Assembly (NCBI RefSeq): GCF_902713615.1 | Contig: NC_052154.1 | Location: 192,982,948 to 193,046,947 of the forward strand | Origin: Scyliorhinus canicula | Lineage: Eukaryota | Direction of reading: 5' to 3' | DNA length: 64,000 nucleotides | In this document: positions 50,001-63,092 of the stretch, piece by piece | Position numbering within the stretch: the first letter of the stretch is position 1 | Layout: the number at the start of each line of letters is the position of its first letter | Notes under the pieces: generated by a model | What the model saw: only the letters and a program-made list of their open reading frames with translations | Databases searched by the model: none | What the model was told of the DNA's origin: nothing | Translations under genes and position numbers: made by a program

Positions 50001-52619
50001 ACTGTTACAGTTAGTCCCTTCCGCTCCTCCTCATTTTCTCTTTACCTACATCGATTTCTATTGCCTGAACTTTTATTTTTGGATTTCTAAATCTCTCTTT
50101 GTCTTCGCCCTCTGTTAGTTTCAAGTAATTTTTACCCTACTCTGACCATACTTGCTGGCTTATGTTCATACACTCTTTCTCTTTTTGTCACATTCTGATT
50201 ACCATTACCCGCATCGCTAATCTGCACTATTGTTTCCCCCTTTTTCATTTAACTTCCAATTTTCCCCTCACAGAAACCATTCCCCCATTTTTTAGTTTAC
50301 GGCCCTGTCCACAGCTCTAGTTACAATAGTGGCCTGGACACTGGTTACACCATGGTTCAGGTGAAGACCATCCCAATAGTACAGCTCCCCTTTCCCCCAG
50401 TACTCATGTTAGTGTCCATGAATCGAAACCCACTTCCCCCACACCAATCTTTGAGTTACGCATTTAACTCTCTGACCTTATTTACTCTATGCTATTTTTC
50501 TCGTGGTTTAAGTAACAGCCCAGAGATTATTACTGTTGTGATTCTGATTTTTAATTTAACTCCTAGCTGCTTATTGCCTTAGCAGAACCTCTTTCATCGT
50601 CCCTCGGCCTTTGGTACCCACGTGTAGATTTATTAGAATGCTGCCAGATATGAGGATATATAAATACATAGGAAGACTTGAAAAATGAGGTATTTTTCAA
50701 TATAGCACTAAATTAGGGGGCGATATGAGTATTTACAATTATGAAACTATGGGACAAGATAGATAAAAGCAGATTGTTGTCAGTAATTAAAAGGACTTGG
50801 AAGAAGCAGCCATAGGTGAAAGATTACATCAGAACTTCAGAACAAATTAGAGGAAAAACATCCTCACATAGCACTGCTACGCTATAAATTTACCGAGATT
50901 AATGGCTGTGGTACAAATATTAGCAACTTTATCAACATCCAAAATTAGCTCGAATATGTGAACGAATGGATCTGGGAACAGTGCAGGACTAGTTGCTGCA
51001 TGGAGTGTGAAAACCGATAAAACTGCATGAATTGAATGGTCCGTTCCCATTTGTCCTAAAATCCTCGTGAAAAAAACAAGTAAGGGTACTGAGATTCAAT
51101 TATAGGATGATGGGAATATAAATCTAAAGAGGTGGTATTTTTGCTTTATGGAGTGTTCAGCAGATCCCATCTGGAATATTGTGGGCAGTTCTGTTCACAC
51201 TAAGGAAAATATTAGTATTGCAGAAAAAAAAGACACTTTGTCGAAGCTTTCCATTTTGTACTCAACAGGGCAATTGCAAGAATATCAATGTCAGGGGGAG
51301 CAACAACGTCATACTGTATGAGAAGAGTGCTGATAGGTTGGCAACTGAACTCTTTGTCTTTTTAAAAAATTAATTTAGAGTCCCCAATTCTTTTTTTCCC
51401 CCCAATTAAGAGGCAATTTGGCGTGGCCATCCACCCGGCACGTCTTTGGGTTTTGGGAGTGAGACCCACACAGACACGGGGAGAAAGTGCAAACTCTACA
51501 CAGACAGTCACCCTAAGCCGGAATTGAACCCGGGACCCTGGCACTGTGAGGCACCAGTGCTAGTCACTGTGCCGTGCCGCTTGAGCAATCGGACTCTGAT
51601 TGGTAGAGGTGTCGCCATAGCCAATGCACCAGTTGATGGTGACTGATAGTTAACTGCCATTGTTCGGAATGGCAGCTTGATTCTGTTAATGGTTTGTCAC
51701 CATCAACCTGTGCATTCTCCATGGCAATACCTCTACCAATCAATCAGCACTCTCTTCTCATATAGCAAAGTAAATAAAGTCGCCATATGGGCAGCACGGT
51801 GGCACAGTGGTTAGCATTGCTGCCTATGGCGCTGAGGACTCGGGTTCGAATCCCAGCCCTGGGTCACTGTCCGTGTGGAGTTTGCATGTTCTCCCCGTGT
51901 CTGCATGGGTTTCACCCCCACAACCCAAAGATGTGCAGGATAGGTAGATTGGCCACTCTAAATTGCCCCTTAATTGGAAAAAAGAATTGGGTACTCTAAA
52001 TTTAAAAAATAAATAAATAAATAAAGTCGCCATAGTCCCAGGTGACCATAGGCTGCTTTCTCCTTTAAGGTGGAGAGTTGACTGGTGGTGATTTAACCTG
52101 AGGATCACCACACCTCAGACAAGGGCCAAGGTTGAGAAGGTGGGGCCTTCCTGAATAGTCTCAGCCAGTACGGTAATTGAACCCGCGCTGTTGGCCTCGC
52201 TCTGCATCATGAACCAGCTGTCCAGCCAGCTGAGCTGAACCTCACACCGTACAAAGTTGCTGTTTCCCCTGACTTTGGCATTCTTGCGATTGGACCAATT
52301 AGTGCAAGACAAAAAGCTTTGTCAAAATCTATTTTTCAACAATATCAAGATCTGTGCTCCCAAACAACTATTTGAAGATATTGCTGCTCAAGGGACAACG
52401 GAGGATGATTCTGAGTCCCAGGAATTTCAACTATTAAGTAAGCTCAAAATAAGAGAGGTTATATGCAATTGAAAGCTTTTGGTGATTATGAAGTGAACTG
52501 ACAAAACTAATCAGGGCAACCGATTTACTTGTGCTGAAGTGTCCAAAAGTCAGAAATTTAAAAATGAGAAGATCCTGAACAACTGAGAAAGGAAGTCAGA
52601 AGCAACTTGTTCCACTCAC

Positions 52620-52885
52620 CTTGGTCTGGCACCTCCTCAGCTTTTGTTCCCTGTTGCACAGAATATGCCCCGGCCACCTCTATTCTGTTGAATGTGCAAA
52701 TAGTATCATGTTTCCCTGTGACGGGTCTGCTTTTAAGCAAAGCTCTGTTTACTGCTTCCTCCCCGTGCCAGATGAACAGTTCATGTGCTGGTTCAATTGA
52801 GCGACACACTTTGTAATAGATCTTTCCACTACACTGGGACAGGGTCAGATTTGTCTCTTCTGGTGTCTCGGCAAGATTCACAAAC
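52620..52885 (-). CDS. PRDM-like exon: PR/SET C-half (FVNLAETPEETNL...IYYKVCRSIEPAHELFIWHGEE...)
   Basis: Aligns to the PR consensus YVNCAR..EEQNL...[20 protein letters not shown]. Acceptor ttgatgcag, donor CAAG|gtgagt, phase 2-1. Confidence 0.92.
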
Positions 52886-53179
52886 CTGCATCAAGTACAG
52901 AATCTTCTTATCGCATGGGCCACATTTCAATTTTCCCTCTAGTCATCAGAAAAGTATTCTACCTATCCCTGCGCTAGTGCTGTATTTCCATCTGCTCACA
53001 TTTACCCAACAAACACAGAATTAAGAGAGGCTTATGATCTAGCAGTGAGGGGTTGAAAAACTTGTATGTTCCTTTACAGCAGGAAAATAAGAAAACAATC
53101 AATTACAGCAAACTTTGGAATAAATGAGTGAATTCATGGTGCAACAATAATTTTGCCACTGGAGGCTGCAACAACATCA

Positions 53180-54990
53180 ACATAGAAACATTGAAACTAG
53201 GAGCAGGAATAGACAATTTGGCTCTTCGAGCCTTCTCCAGCAATCAATATGATCGCGGCTGATCCTCGATCGCAATACCATATTCCCATTTTCTCCCTTG
53301 ATGCCATTAAAACCTAAAATATTCTCTTTCTTTTTCTTTAATTCATTAGGTGATTTGGCCTCCACAGCTTTCTGAGGTAGAGAATTCCAGATTTACTACC
53401 CTTTGAGTGAAGAAATCTTTCCTCATCTCTGTCCTAAATGGTCTACCCTGTATCCTGAGACTGTGTCCCCTGGTTCTAGATTTCCCAACCAGGAATAATC
53501 CTCCTGCCATCTAGTCTGTCCAGCCTAGTTAGAATGTTACACATTTCAATCAGATCTTCTATCATCCTTTTTAACTCTAGTGAATACGGGCCCAGTCAAA
53601 CCAACCTCTCCTCATAGGGCAGTCCCACCATCCCCAGTATCAGCCTAGTGAACTTCCGCTGCACTCCCTCTATGGCAAGTATACTCTTCCTTCGGTAGGG
53701 GGACGAAAATTGCACGCAATACTCCAGGCGTGATCTCACCAAGGCCCTGTATAACCGCGGTAAGACATCCCTACTTCTGAACCCAAATCCTTTTGCAATG
53801 AAGGCCAACATACCATTTGCCTTCCCAATTGCTTGCTGCACCTGCCTCTCCACTTTCATTGACTGGTGGACAAGGACACCCCAGATCCCTTCATACATCC
53901 ACACTGTCCAACATTTCACTATTTAAATAATACTCTTCCTTTCTGTTTTTCACACCAAAGCGTGTGACTTCACATTCAGCTACATTGTACTGCATCTGCC
54001 ATGTGTTTGCCCACTCACTCAACTTGTCTAAATCATCTTGAAGCCTGCTTGCATCCTCCTTACAATTAACAATTCCGCCCAGTTTTGTGTCGCCAACAAA
54101 CTTTGAAATATTACGTTTGGTTCCCTCATCCAGGTTATTCAGATATATCGTGAACAGCTGGGGCCCAAGCACTGATCCTTGCAGCACCCTACTAGTCTCT
54201 GCCTGCCATTCGGAAAAAGATCCATTTATACCCACTCTCTATTTCTTTTCTTGATCAATGCCAATACAAGACCCCCAAAGCATATGTGCTTTAATTTTGT
54301 ACACTACCTCTTATAAGGGTCCTTATAAAAAGCCTTCTGAAAGTTCAAATACACCACAGCCACTGGTTCTCCCTTATCTACTCTATTAGTTACATTCTCA
54401 AAAAAACTACAGTAGATTTGCTAAGATTGATTTGCCCTTCATAAACCCATGCTGGTTTTCTCTAATCCCATTAATGCTTTCCAAATGTTCTGTTATTCCA
54501 TTTTTTATAATAAACTCGAGCATCCTCTCCACCACTCATTTCAGGTTAACTGGTCTGGAAATCTCTCTCTTTTCTCTCCCTCACTTTTCAAATGGTGGGG
54601 TTACATTATCCACCCTCCAATCTGTAGGAACTGCTCTGGAGTCTATAGAATTTTGGAAGATGACCACCAAATACAGCCAATATTTCCAGGGCTATTTTCT
54701 TTAATACTCTGGGATGTAGATTATCAGGGCCTGGTGATTTATCAGCTTTTAACCCCATTAATTTCCCTAGCACCATTTGCTTACTAATATGGATTTCCTT
54801 CAATTCCGACCTCTGACAGCACCCTTGGTTCGCTATCATGTCTGGGAGGTTACTTGTGCCCGCTGTTGTGAAGACAGAACCAATGATCAATTCTTCTGTC
54901 ATTTCTTTGCTCCCCTTCTCATTTTCCCCAGCTTCTGACTGTAAGGGATATACATTTGCCTTTTCTCATCATTTTCTCTTCACATATTTA
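53180..54990 (-). mobile_element. Degraded CR1/HER1 ORF2 3' half
   Basis: [24 protein letters not shown] and LVRSRLEYCVQF with frameshifts; CR1 tail near 53180. Confidence 0.88.
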
Positions 54991-55224
54991 TTGAACTTGT
55001 GTAACTTATGAAGAATGACAAGTTCCAAGTACAGTCATAGTGCTGAGCGTACTGGCCTGGTTCTCGATCAAAATGTCAATATTGTAAAAAGAACAACTGC
55101 AGCTGACACTATTCCGGAGTCTCAGCAGGTTGATATGAATTGCGTTAAGAGCAGCACAGATGTGACTCTCCCTCCTCTTTTCCTACCTTGTGGCGAGATC
55201 GCACCAACCTTACTCTCTACTGGG

Positions 55225-55930
55225 CTGATAGTGGATGATGAGGCATGGAGTTACCCTTCACAGGGTGAACTCCACACCTTCATGTGCACGGCTTGGTCTG
55301 ATCCAGCTTAAGGTGGTGCATAGGGCGCACCTGGCCAAAGCTAAGATGAGTGCCTTCTTTCCGAAGGTAGAGGACAGGTGCGAGCGGTGTGCCGGGGGAC
55401 AGCCAAACACACACACATGTTCTGGCCTTATCCCAAATGGGTCAGCTTTTGGGTCTCCTTCTTTAGCCCATACCAGCGATTCTGAATATTGACCTGGAGC
55501 CTTGTCTTGTGGTGGCCTTTTTTGGGGTGTTGGACTCGCCCGGGATTGCAGGCGGGAGTGTCCTTGCCTTTGCCTCGTTGATTGCCCGGAGGTGAGTTTT
55601 GCTGGGGTGGAGATCTCCTACTCTGCCCAGTGCCTCGGTGTGGTTGGGTGACCTAATGGAGTTCTTTTACCTGGTGATGGTCAGGTACACCATCAGGGGG
55701 TCGGTTGAGGGGTTCTACTGGAGGTGGAATCCGTTCATTACTTATTTTAAGGAATTAGACACAGTCAGTTGTTGGGTGGGGGAGGGGGCTTCGGGAGTTT
55801 GTTTCTCTTTGTGGATGATGTACAGTTGGTTGGGTTTTGTTCTGTTGGTTGTGTAACATCTGCTGTGGGTAATATGGGCTCGCTTATAAAATTTACTGCA
55901 AAATGGAAAATCTTTAATGACATTTTTTAA
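55225..55930 (+). mobile_element. L1-like ORF2 3' fragment
   Basis: CARLGLIQLKVVHRAH, RCERC and WLGDLMEF motifs. Confidence 0.8.
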
Positions 55931-57036
55931 TTTTTTTAAAGCCTTACTCTCAACTATTGTCCACCCAATTAGCTGAGTGGGAACTGGTCAGGTATTAACT
56001 TCAATTGTGTGCCATCACTGCAACAACAGTACCCATTCAAAAGTTAGACATTAATTTTTATTAATTAAACAGTAAGACCGTTACTAATTATTTCTTCAAC
56101 GGCTCCAGAGGAAAAGAGCCATCAAACTTGTAAAGTTTCTGTCTCTAGCCCATGCTGAATTCACTGATCTGAGCAGGGGCATCTATGGGGTGCTACAATT
56201 GGTCTCAGTGTCTCCACGATTAGCAGAAAGAAAGTTGGCCAAGGTTACCACTGACGTTATCTAGTCACCTGAAATGGTGCGTGCGTCCTTAGGGCAAGGA
56301 TAGGTTTGAGTTGAGGTGTGACTGGTTACCTGTTGCTCAGTAATTTGCAGGCATTTGGACAACAGTCACTTGACTTGAGGTACCGCCCACCAATAATCAA
56401 TATCTTTAGAAGAGGAGGGAAAGGAAGAAAAATAAACTGAGGAATATTTATTAAATTTAGCAGAATATATGGGCCAAAGTAAATAGTTTCTTTGGAAAAC
56501 TTAATTGAAAAGCAACCTAAACTGCTAAGTTGTAATAGTTAACTGAGTGAAGTCAGGACATAGAATCATAGAATTTACAGGGCAGGAGGCCATTCGGCCA
56601 TTGAGTCTGCACCAGCCCTTGGAAAGAGCACCCTGCTTAAGCCCACTCCCTCACCCTATCCCTGTAACTCAGTAACGCACCTGACCTATTGGACACCAAG
56701 GGCAATTTATCATGGCCAATGCACCTAACCTGCATTTTTGGACCGCGGGAGGAAACCGGAGCACCCGGAGGAAACCCATGCAGTCACGGGGAGAAAGTGC
56801 AAACTCCACACAGACAGTTACCTGAGGCCGGAACTAAACCTGGGTCCCTGGAACTGTGAGGTAACAGTGCTAACCACTGTGCCACCTGCCGCCCATATAC
56901 TCCCCTGAGATCTCAAATGAAGAACATACTTTTGGGGAAATGCATATTGTTTGGTGGTCAATAACCAGAAAATTGTAACTGTAAAACAAAGCATTAAATA
57001 CATTGTGTGATAAAGAAGGTTTAACTGTTAACTCAC

Positions 57037-57098
57037 CTCATCCAGTTGCATTTAGATTCATCAAAGGCACCCGGTTTGACAAAATTTCTCTCCTGCAC
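57037..57098 (-). CDS. PRDM-like exon: PR/SET middle (VQERNFVKPGAFDESKCNWMR)
   Basis: NWMR motif split by a phase-2 intron (AG|gtgagt), typical of PRDM genes. Acceptor ttcaattcacag. Confidence 0.9.
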
Positions 57099-57919
57099 CT
57101 GTGAATTGAAAACTTTTTTTGTACTTGTGTACTTATAAAGGAAGCTACATGCTTTGACAAACGTGTCATCTAATGTGTCTCGGGCACTTTTTACAATGAG
57201 CAGGGTAGGGATTCCAGTCATTGACAAGTCTCCAGCTGAATTGTACAACCGCGACGTGGAACAAAAAAAAATGATTCAGCATCGAAAGCAACATGTGGCT
57301 GCCGACTGCACTTGTTTTCAGTTTGTTGCACACTAGCTGCTGCTAAATAAATAGACATCATAATGGCCCTTGCGGATGAATAGATTTAATGGGAGAGAAA
57401 TGGGGAATTAGAAATAATAAAAAAGTTGACCAAAAATAAGCCATTCATGTCAATGTGTCAGCAATTGCCTGCTTTGCTAATTACATTGTCAAACCAGCTG
57501 CATTTTTTTTTTTTATAAATTTAGAGTACCCAATTATTTTTTTCTCCAATTAAGGGGTAATTTAGCATGACAAATCAACCTAACCTGCACAACTCTGGGT
57601 TGTGGGGGTGAGACCCACGCAAACGGGGAGAATGTGCAAACTCCACACGGACAGTGAGCCAGGGCCGGGATTCGAACCCGGGTACTCAGCGCCGCAGTCC
57701 CAGTGCTAACCATTGCGCCACATGCCGCCTCCCAGTTCCATTGTTAAAGACAGGTGAGGATCATTGGCTCAACATCCAAAAGAGTATAAATGGACACAGC
57801 TGGAACAGCGGGGAGTTTGTAATGCTACTGTGCTGTATGAAGAATAAACTTGCGAAAGGTAAACGTCAAGCTGCTGTATTATCCCTCCACCACATTCTAT
57901 TATCTTAACAATCTCATAC

Positions 57920-58179
57920 CATCTGGGAATATAGCTTTTCCGTAGAAAGTTGTTCGACTGCAACCTGGCCTTCATATGGTCCAAATATCACACCTTTAGG
58001 GATGGCCTTCGCAGTGCACCACACTCCAAGCCCATCTCGATTTGCTGATGGTCCCACAGCAAGCCCAGGAGGAATGGTGTAAAACGCTCTTGAAGGGGTG
58101 TCAATCGCAATAGGCGTGTCAGTGACAAACACAGGTGCTCCATGGCCACCCACAAAATTCTCCTGGCAGTGTTCAGAGG
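57920..58179 (-). CDS. PRDM-like exon: degenerate zinc knuckle + N-half of PR/SET domain
   Basis: SEHCQENFVGGHGAPVFVTDTP...TIPPGLAVGPS...GLGVWC...IPKGVIFGPYEGQ...YSQM. FGPYEG is the PR-domain hallmark. Acceptor ttgttatccttag, donor ATG|gtatga. Boundaries match the PRDM9 exon as I recall it. Confidence 0.92.
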
Positions 58180-59787
58180 CTAAGGATAACAAAAAAAACA
58201 ACTTTACATTGAGGAGCAGTTTCTGAGAAAGAAGGCAACAACCCTCAAGAGAATTGTTCTCTTATAACAAATTTCGAACCAAAGGTAAAGATGAAATCTG
58301 TTAATTTAACGTGTGCAGAAATAGTTATAAATTATGAATCAAGCTCATACTCAAAGTTGAAGTGCCTCTCCATTAAAACTATGAGAGCATTCTAAATCAC
58401 ATGCCGCTGTTTTAGAAACTAAAGAAATACCGTATGGAAATCTGCAGTTTTGGGACACATTTAAAGAGGAAATCAGGACATATAGGGAGAGACCTTTCAG
58501 CTGTTCACGACAGTGGGATCTTGCACTCCCACTGATGCCGTGCTCCCCTCCCCGGGTTTCCCAGCGTCCTGGTCTGAATTCAATGGGAAATCCCACTGAC
58601 AGCGGCAGGACCAGATGATCCACTGGCAGGCTGCCTCCTGTCACCGGGAAACATGCTGCGGAGAAGCCAGAGAACCTCATCCATAGTAATTACAAATAAA
58701 GTAACTATTTGCTCGTCCATGTATAGTGGGGCCCTGTGGCACACGTTTGCTGCCATCCTTCTGAAGCTTAAACAAGTCATGGGTCACTCACCATTGTACT
58801 GGACTAAGATACTGAAGCCATACAATACATGACTGACGAGAGGTAAAAACATTACATCAAGGTGGCACGGCGGCGCAGTGGTTAGCACTACTGCTTCACG
58901 GCACTGAGGATCCGGGTTCGAACTCAGCCCCGGGTTACTGTCCACATGAAGTATAATATAATAATAATCTTTATTGTCACAAGTAGGCTTACATTAACAC
59001 TACAATGAGGTTACTGTGAAAAGTCCCTAGTCGCCACACTCCAGGGCTTGTTCAGGTACACAGAGAGAAAATTCAGAATGTCCAATTCACCTAACAGCAC
59101 GTCTTTCCTGACCTGTGAGAGGAAACCCACGCAGACACGGGGAGAACGTGCAGACTCCGCACAGTGACCCAAGCCGGGAATCGAACCTGGGACCCTGGCG
59201 CTGTGAAGCAACAATGCTAACCACTCTGCGCCCGTTTGCACATTCTCCCCGTATCTGAATTGGTGACACCCCCCACAACCCAAAACAGCGTGCAGGGTAG
59301 GTGGATCGGCCATGCTAAATTGCCCCTTAGTTGGAAAATAAGAATTGGGTACTCTGAAAAAGACAGGCCGCACAGGTCAAATATTTGGGATAACATATCG
59401 CAAAATATTGTTTTTTTTAAACAGGGTATGCACGAGAAAAGAGCAGGTAAAAAAGACGTTTGGGCAGATTCCGGTGAAGTATTTAACCAAGCATAAAGAC
59501 AAAATCTTTTGGTGAAGAAATAGAGGCGGGTAGATGGAATTAAGATACAGAAGTGTGATCGAATTGAATAGTGGAGGTCTGCTCTGGTTCCAATGGTCTC
59601 AGGTTCTAGAACATGATAGTTGTTTCAAGTGGATACGTTGCATCAGTCTTCAACAGGCTGGTCCAATCTGGTCAGTTATTAATTACATTCCAAAGTGTCA
59701 AAGTAGATGCAGATGAAATCCCGAATTAAATAAAAGGGTCAAAAACAGATCCTGGCCCTGAAAGCATTCAAACAAGTCTTCTCAAAT

Positions 59788-62700
59788 AACATAGAACATA
59801 GAACATAGAACGATACAGCGCAGTACAGGCCCTTCGGCCCTCAATGTTGCACCGACATGGAAAAAATCTAAAGGCCACCTAACCTACACTATGCCCTTAT
59901 CATCCATATGCTTATCCAATAAATTTTTAAATGCCCTCAATGTTGGCGTGTTCACTACTGTCGCAGGTAGGGCATTCCACGGCCTCACCACTCTTTGCGT
60001 AAAAAACCCACCTCTGACCTCTGTCCTATATCTATTACCCCTCAATTTAAGGCTATGTCCCCTCGTGCTAGCCACCTCCATCCGCGGGAGAAGGCTCTCG
60101 CTGTCCACCCTATCTAACCCTCTGATCATTTTGTATGCCTCTATTAAGTCACCTCTTAACCTTCTTCTCTCTAACGAAAACAACCTCAAGTCCATCAGCC
60201 TTTCCTCATAAGATTTTCCCTCCATACCAGGCAACATCCTGGTAAATCTCCTCTGCACCCGTTCCAAAGCTTCCACGTCCTTCCTATAATGAGGCGACCA
60301 GAACTGTACGCAATACTCCAAATGCGGCCGTACTAGAGTTTTGTACAACTGCAACATGACCTCATGGCTCCGGAACTCAATCCCTCTACCAATAAAGGCC
60401 AACACACCATAGGCCTTCTTCACAACCCTATCAACCTGGGTGGCAACTTTCAGGGATCTATGTACATGGACACCGAGATCCCTCTGCTCATCCACACTAC
60501 CAAGAATTTTACCATTAGCCAAATATTCCGCATTTCTGTTATTCTTTCCAAAGTGAATCACCTCACACTTATCCACATTAAACTCCATTTGCCACCTCTC
60601 AGCCCAGCTCTGCAGCTTATCTATGTCCCTCTGTAACCTGCAACATCCTTCCGCACTGTCTACAACTCCACCGACTTTAGTGTCGTCTGCAAATTTACTC
60701 ACCCATCCTTCTGCGCCCTCCTCTAGGTCATTTATAAAAATGACAAACAGCAACGGCCCCAGAACAGATCCTTGTGGTACGCCACTCGTAACTGAACTCC
60801 ATTCTGAACATTTCCCATCAACTACCACTCTCTGTCTTCTTTCAACTAGCCAATTTCTGATCCACATCTCTAAATCACCCTCAATCCCCAGCCTCCGTAT
60901 TTTCTGCAATAGCCGACCGTGGGGAACCTTATCAAACGCTTTACTGAAATCCATATACACCACATCAACTGCTCTACCCTCATCTACCTGTTCAGTCACC
61001 TTCTCAAAGAACTCGATAAGGTTTGTGAGGCATGACCTACCCTTCACAAAACCATGCTGACTGTCCCTAATCATATTATTCCTATCTAGATGATTATAAA
61101 TCGTATCTTTTATAATCCTCTCCAAGACTTTCCCCACCACAGACGTTAGGCTCACCGGCCTATAGTTACCGGGGTTATCTCTACTCCCCTTCTTGAACAA
61201 AGGGACCACATTTGCTATCCTCCAGTCCTCTGGCACTATTCCTGTAGCCAATGATGACCTAAAAAATCAAAGCCAAAGGCTCAGCAATCTCTTCCCTGGC
61301 TTCCCAGAGAATCCTAGGATAAATCCCATCCGGCCCCGGGGACTTATCTATTTTCACCTTGTCCAGAATTGCCAACACTTCTTCCCTACGCACCTCAATG
61401 CCATCTATTCTAATAGCCTGGGTCTCAGCATTCTCCTCCACAATATTATCTTTTTCTTGAGTGAATACTGACGAAAAGTATTCATTTAGTATCTCGCTTA
61501 TCTCCTCAGCCTCCACACACAACTTCCCACCACTGTCCTTGACTGGCCCTACTCTTACCCTAGTCATTCTTTTATTCCTGACATACCTATAGAAAGCTTT
61601 TGGGTTTTCCTTGATCCTACCTGCCAACGACTTCTCATGTCCCCTCCTTGCTCGTCTCAGCTCTCTCTTTAGATCCTTCCTCGCTTCCTTGTAACTATCA
61701 AGCGCCCCAACTGAAACTTCATGCCTCATCTTCACATAGGCCTCCTTCTTCCTCTTAACAAGAGATTCCACTTCTTTGGTAAACCACGGTTCCCTCGCTC
61801 GACCCCTTCCTCCCTGCCTGACTGGTACGTACTTATCAAGAACATGCAATAGCTGTTCCTTGAACACGCTCCACATATCCAGTGTGCCCAACCCTTGCAG
61901 CCTACTTCTCCAACCAACACATCCTAAGTCATGTCTAATGGCATCATAATTGCCCTTGCCCCAGCTATAACTCTTGCCCTGCGGGGTATACTTATCCCTT
62001 TCCATCACTAACGTAAAGGTCACCGAATTGTGGTCACTGTTTCCAAAGTGCTCACCTACCTCCAGATCTAACACCTGGCCTGGTTCATTACCCAAAACCA
62101 AATCCAATGTGGCCTCGCCTCTTGTTGGCCTGTCAACATATTGTGTCAGGAAACCCTCCTGCACACATTGTACAAAGAATGACCCATCTAATGTACTCGA
62201 ACTATATCTTTTCCAGTCAATATTTGGAAAGTTAAAGTCTCCCATAACAACTACCCTGTTACTTTCGCTCTTTTCCAGAATCATCTTCGCCATCCTTTCC
62301 TCTACATCCCTAGAACTATTAGGTGGCCTATAGAAAACTCCCAACAGGGTGACCTCTCCTTTCCTGTTTCTAACCTCAGCCCATACTACCTCAGAAGAAG
62401 AGTCCCCATCTAGCATCCTTTCCGCCACCGTAATACTGTCCTTGACTAGCAGCGCCACACCTCCCCCTCTTTTGCCCCCTTCTCTGAGCTTACTAAAACA
62501 CCTAAACCCCGGAACCTGCAACAACCATTCCTGTCCCTGCTCTATCCATGTCTCTGAAATGGCCACAACATCAAAGTCCCAGGTACCAACCCATGCTGCC
62601 AGTTCCCCTACCTTATTTCGTATACTCCTGGCATTGAAGTAGACACACTTCAAACCACCTACCTGAACACTGGCACCCTCCTGCGAAGTCAAATCTGTGC

Positions 62701-62946
62701 TCCTGACCTCTATACTCTCAATCTCCCGTACCCCAAAACTACAATCCAGGTTCCCATGCCCCTGCTGAATTAGTTTAAACCCCCCCAAAGAGCACTAACA
62801 AATCTCCCCCCCAGGATATTGGTGCCCCTCAGGTTCCGATGTAGACCATCCTGTCTATAGAGGTCCCACCTTCCCCAGAAAGAGCCCCAGTTATCCAGAA
62901 ATCTGAATCCCTCCCGCCTGCACCATCCCTGTAGCCACGTGTTTAA
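59788..62946 (-). mobile_element. CR1-clade LINE (HER1-like), 5'-truncated: end of ORF1 + nearly intact ORF2 (APE endonuclease + RT)
   Basis: ORFs 62788-61259 (YFNARSIRNK, ISETW, MGDFN, SDHN, KSPGPDG) and 61251-59884 ([30 protein letters not shown]). 3' tail (TTCTATG)n. One frameshift at the A-run 61261-61266. Confidence 0.95.
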
Positions 62947-63092
62947 TTAAAACATTTTGAACAATTTCATGGGAGCAATTTTGCGCTAGAGATATGCAGA
63001 TCTTAATTGTGTGACTTTTTTTGAAAATCCTAACCCTGCAAAAAAAAGACTTTGTTTGACACAGCAATTGTGCAAAATGAAGATTTACTTAC

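Larger units (their letters stand above)
41014..51908. repeat. Direct tandem duplication, 2 x ~5.45 kb (41014-46460 and 46461-51908)
   Basis: Sequence repeats at offset 5447-5450 with only a few tens of differences by eye (~99.5%). The ORF track repeats at the same offset. Confidence 0.97.

Noticed and set aside
52620-58179. Assigning the symbol PRDM9 (or PRDM11)
   Set aside because: PR domain has mixed similarity to both, no KRAB seen in the window, and fingers are not PRDM9-type minisatellite repeats. Orthology needs a phylogeny.
59891-62642. Plus-strand ORFs antisense to CR1 ORF2, and similar antisense ORFs over L1 and ZF exons
   Set aside because: Shadow frames of real coding sequence on the opposite strand.
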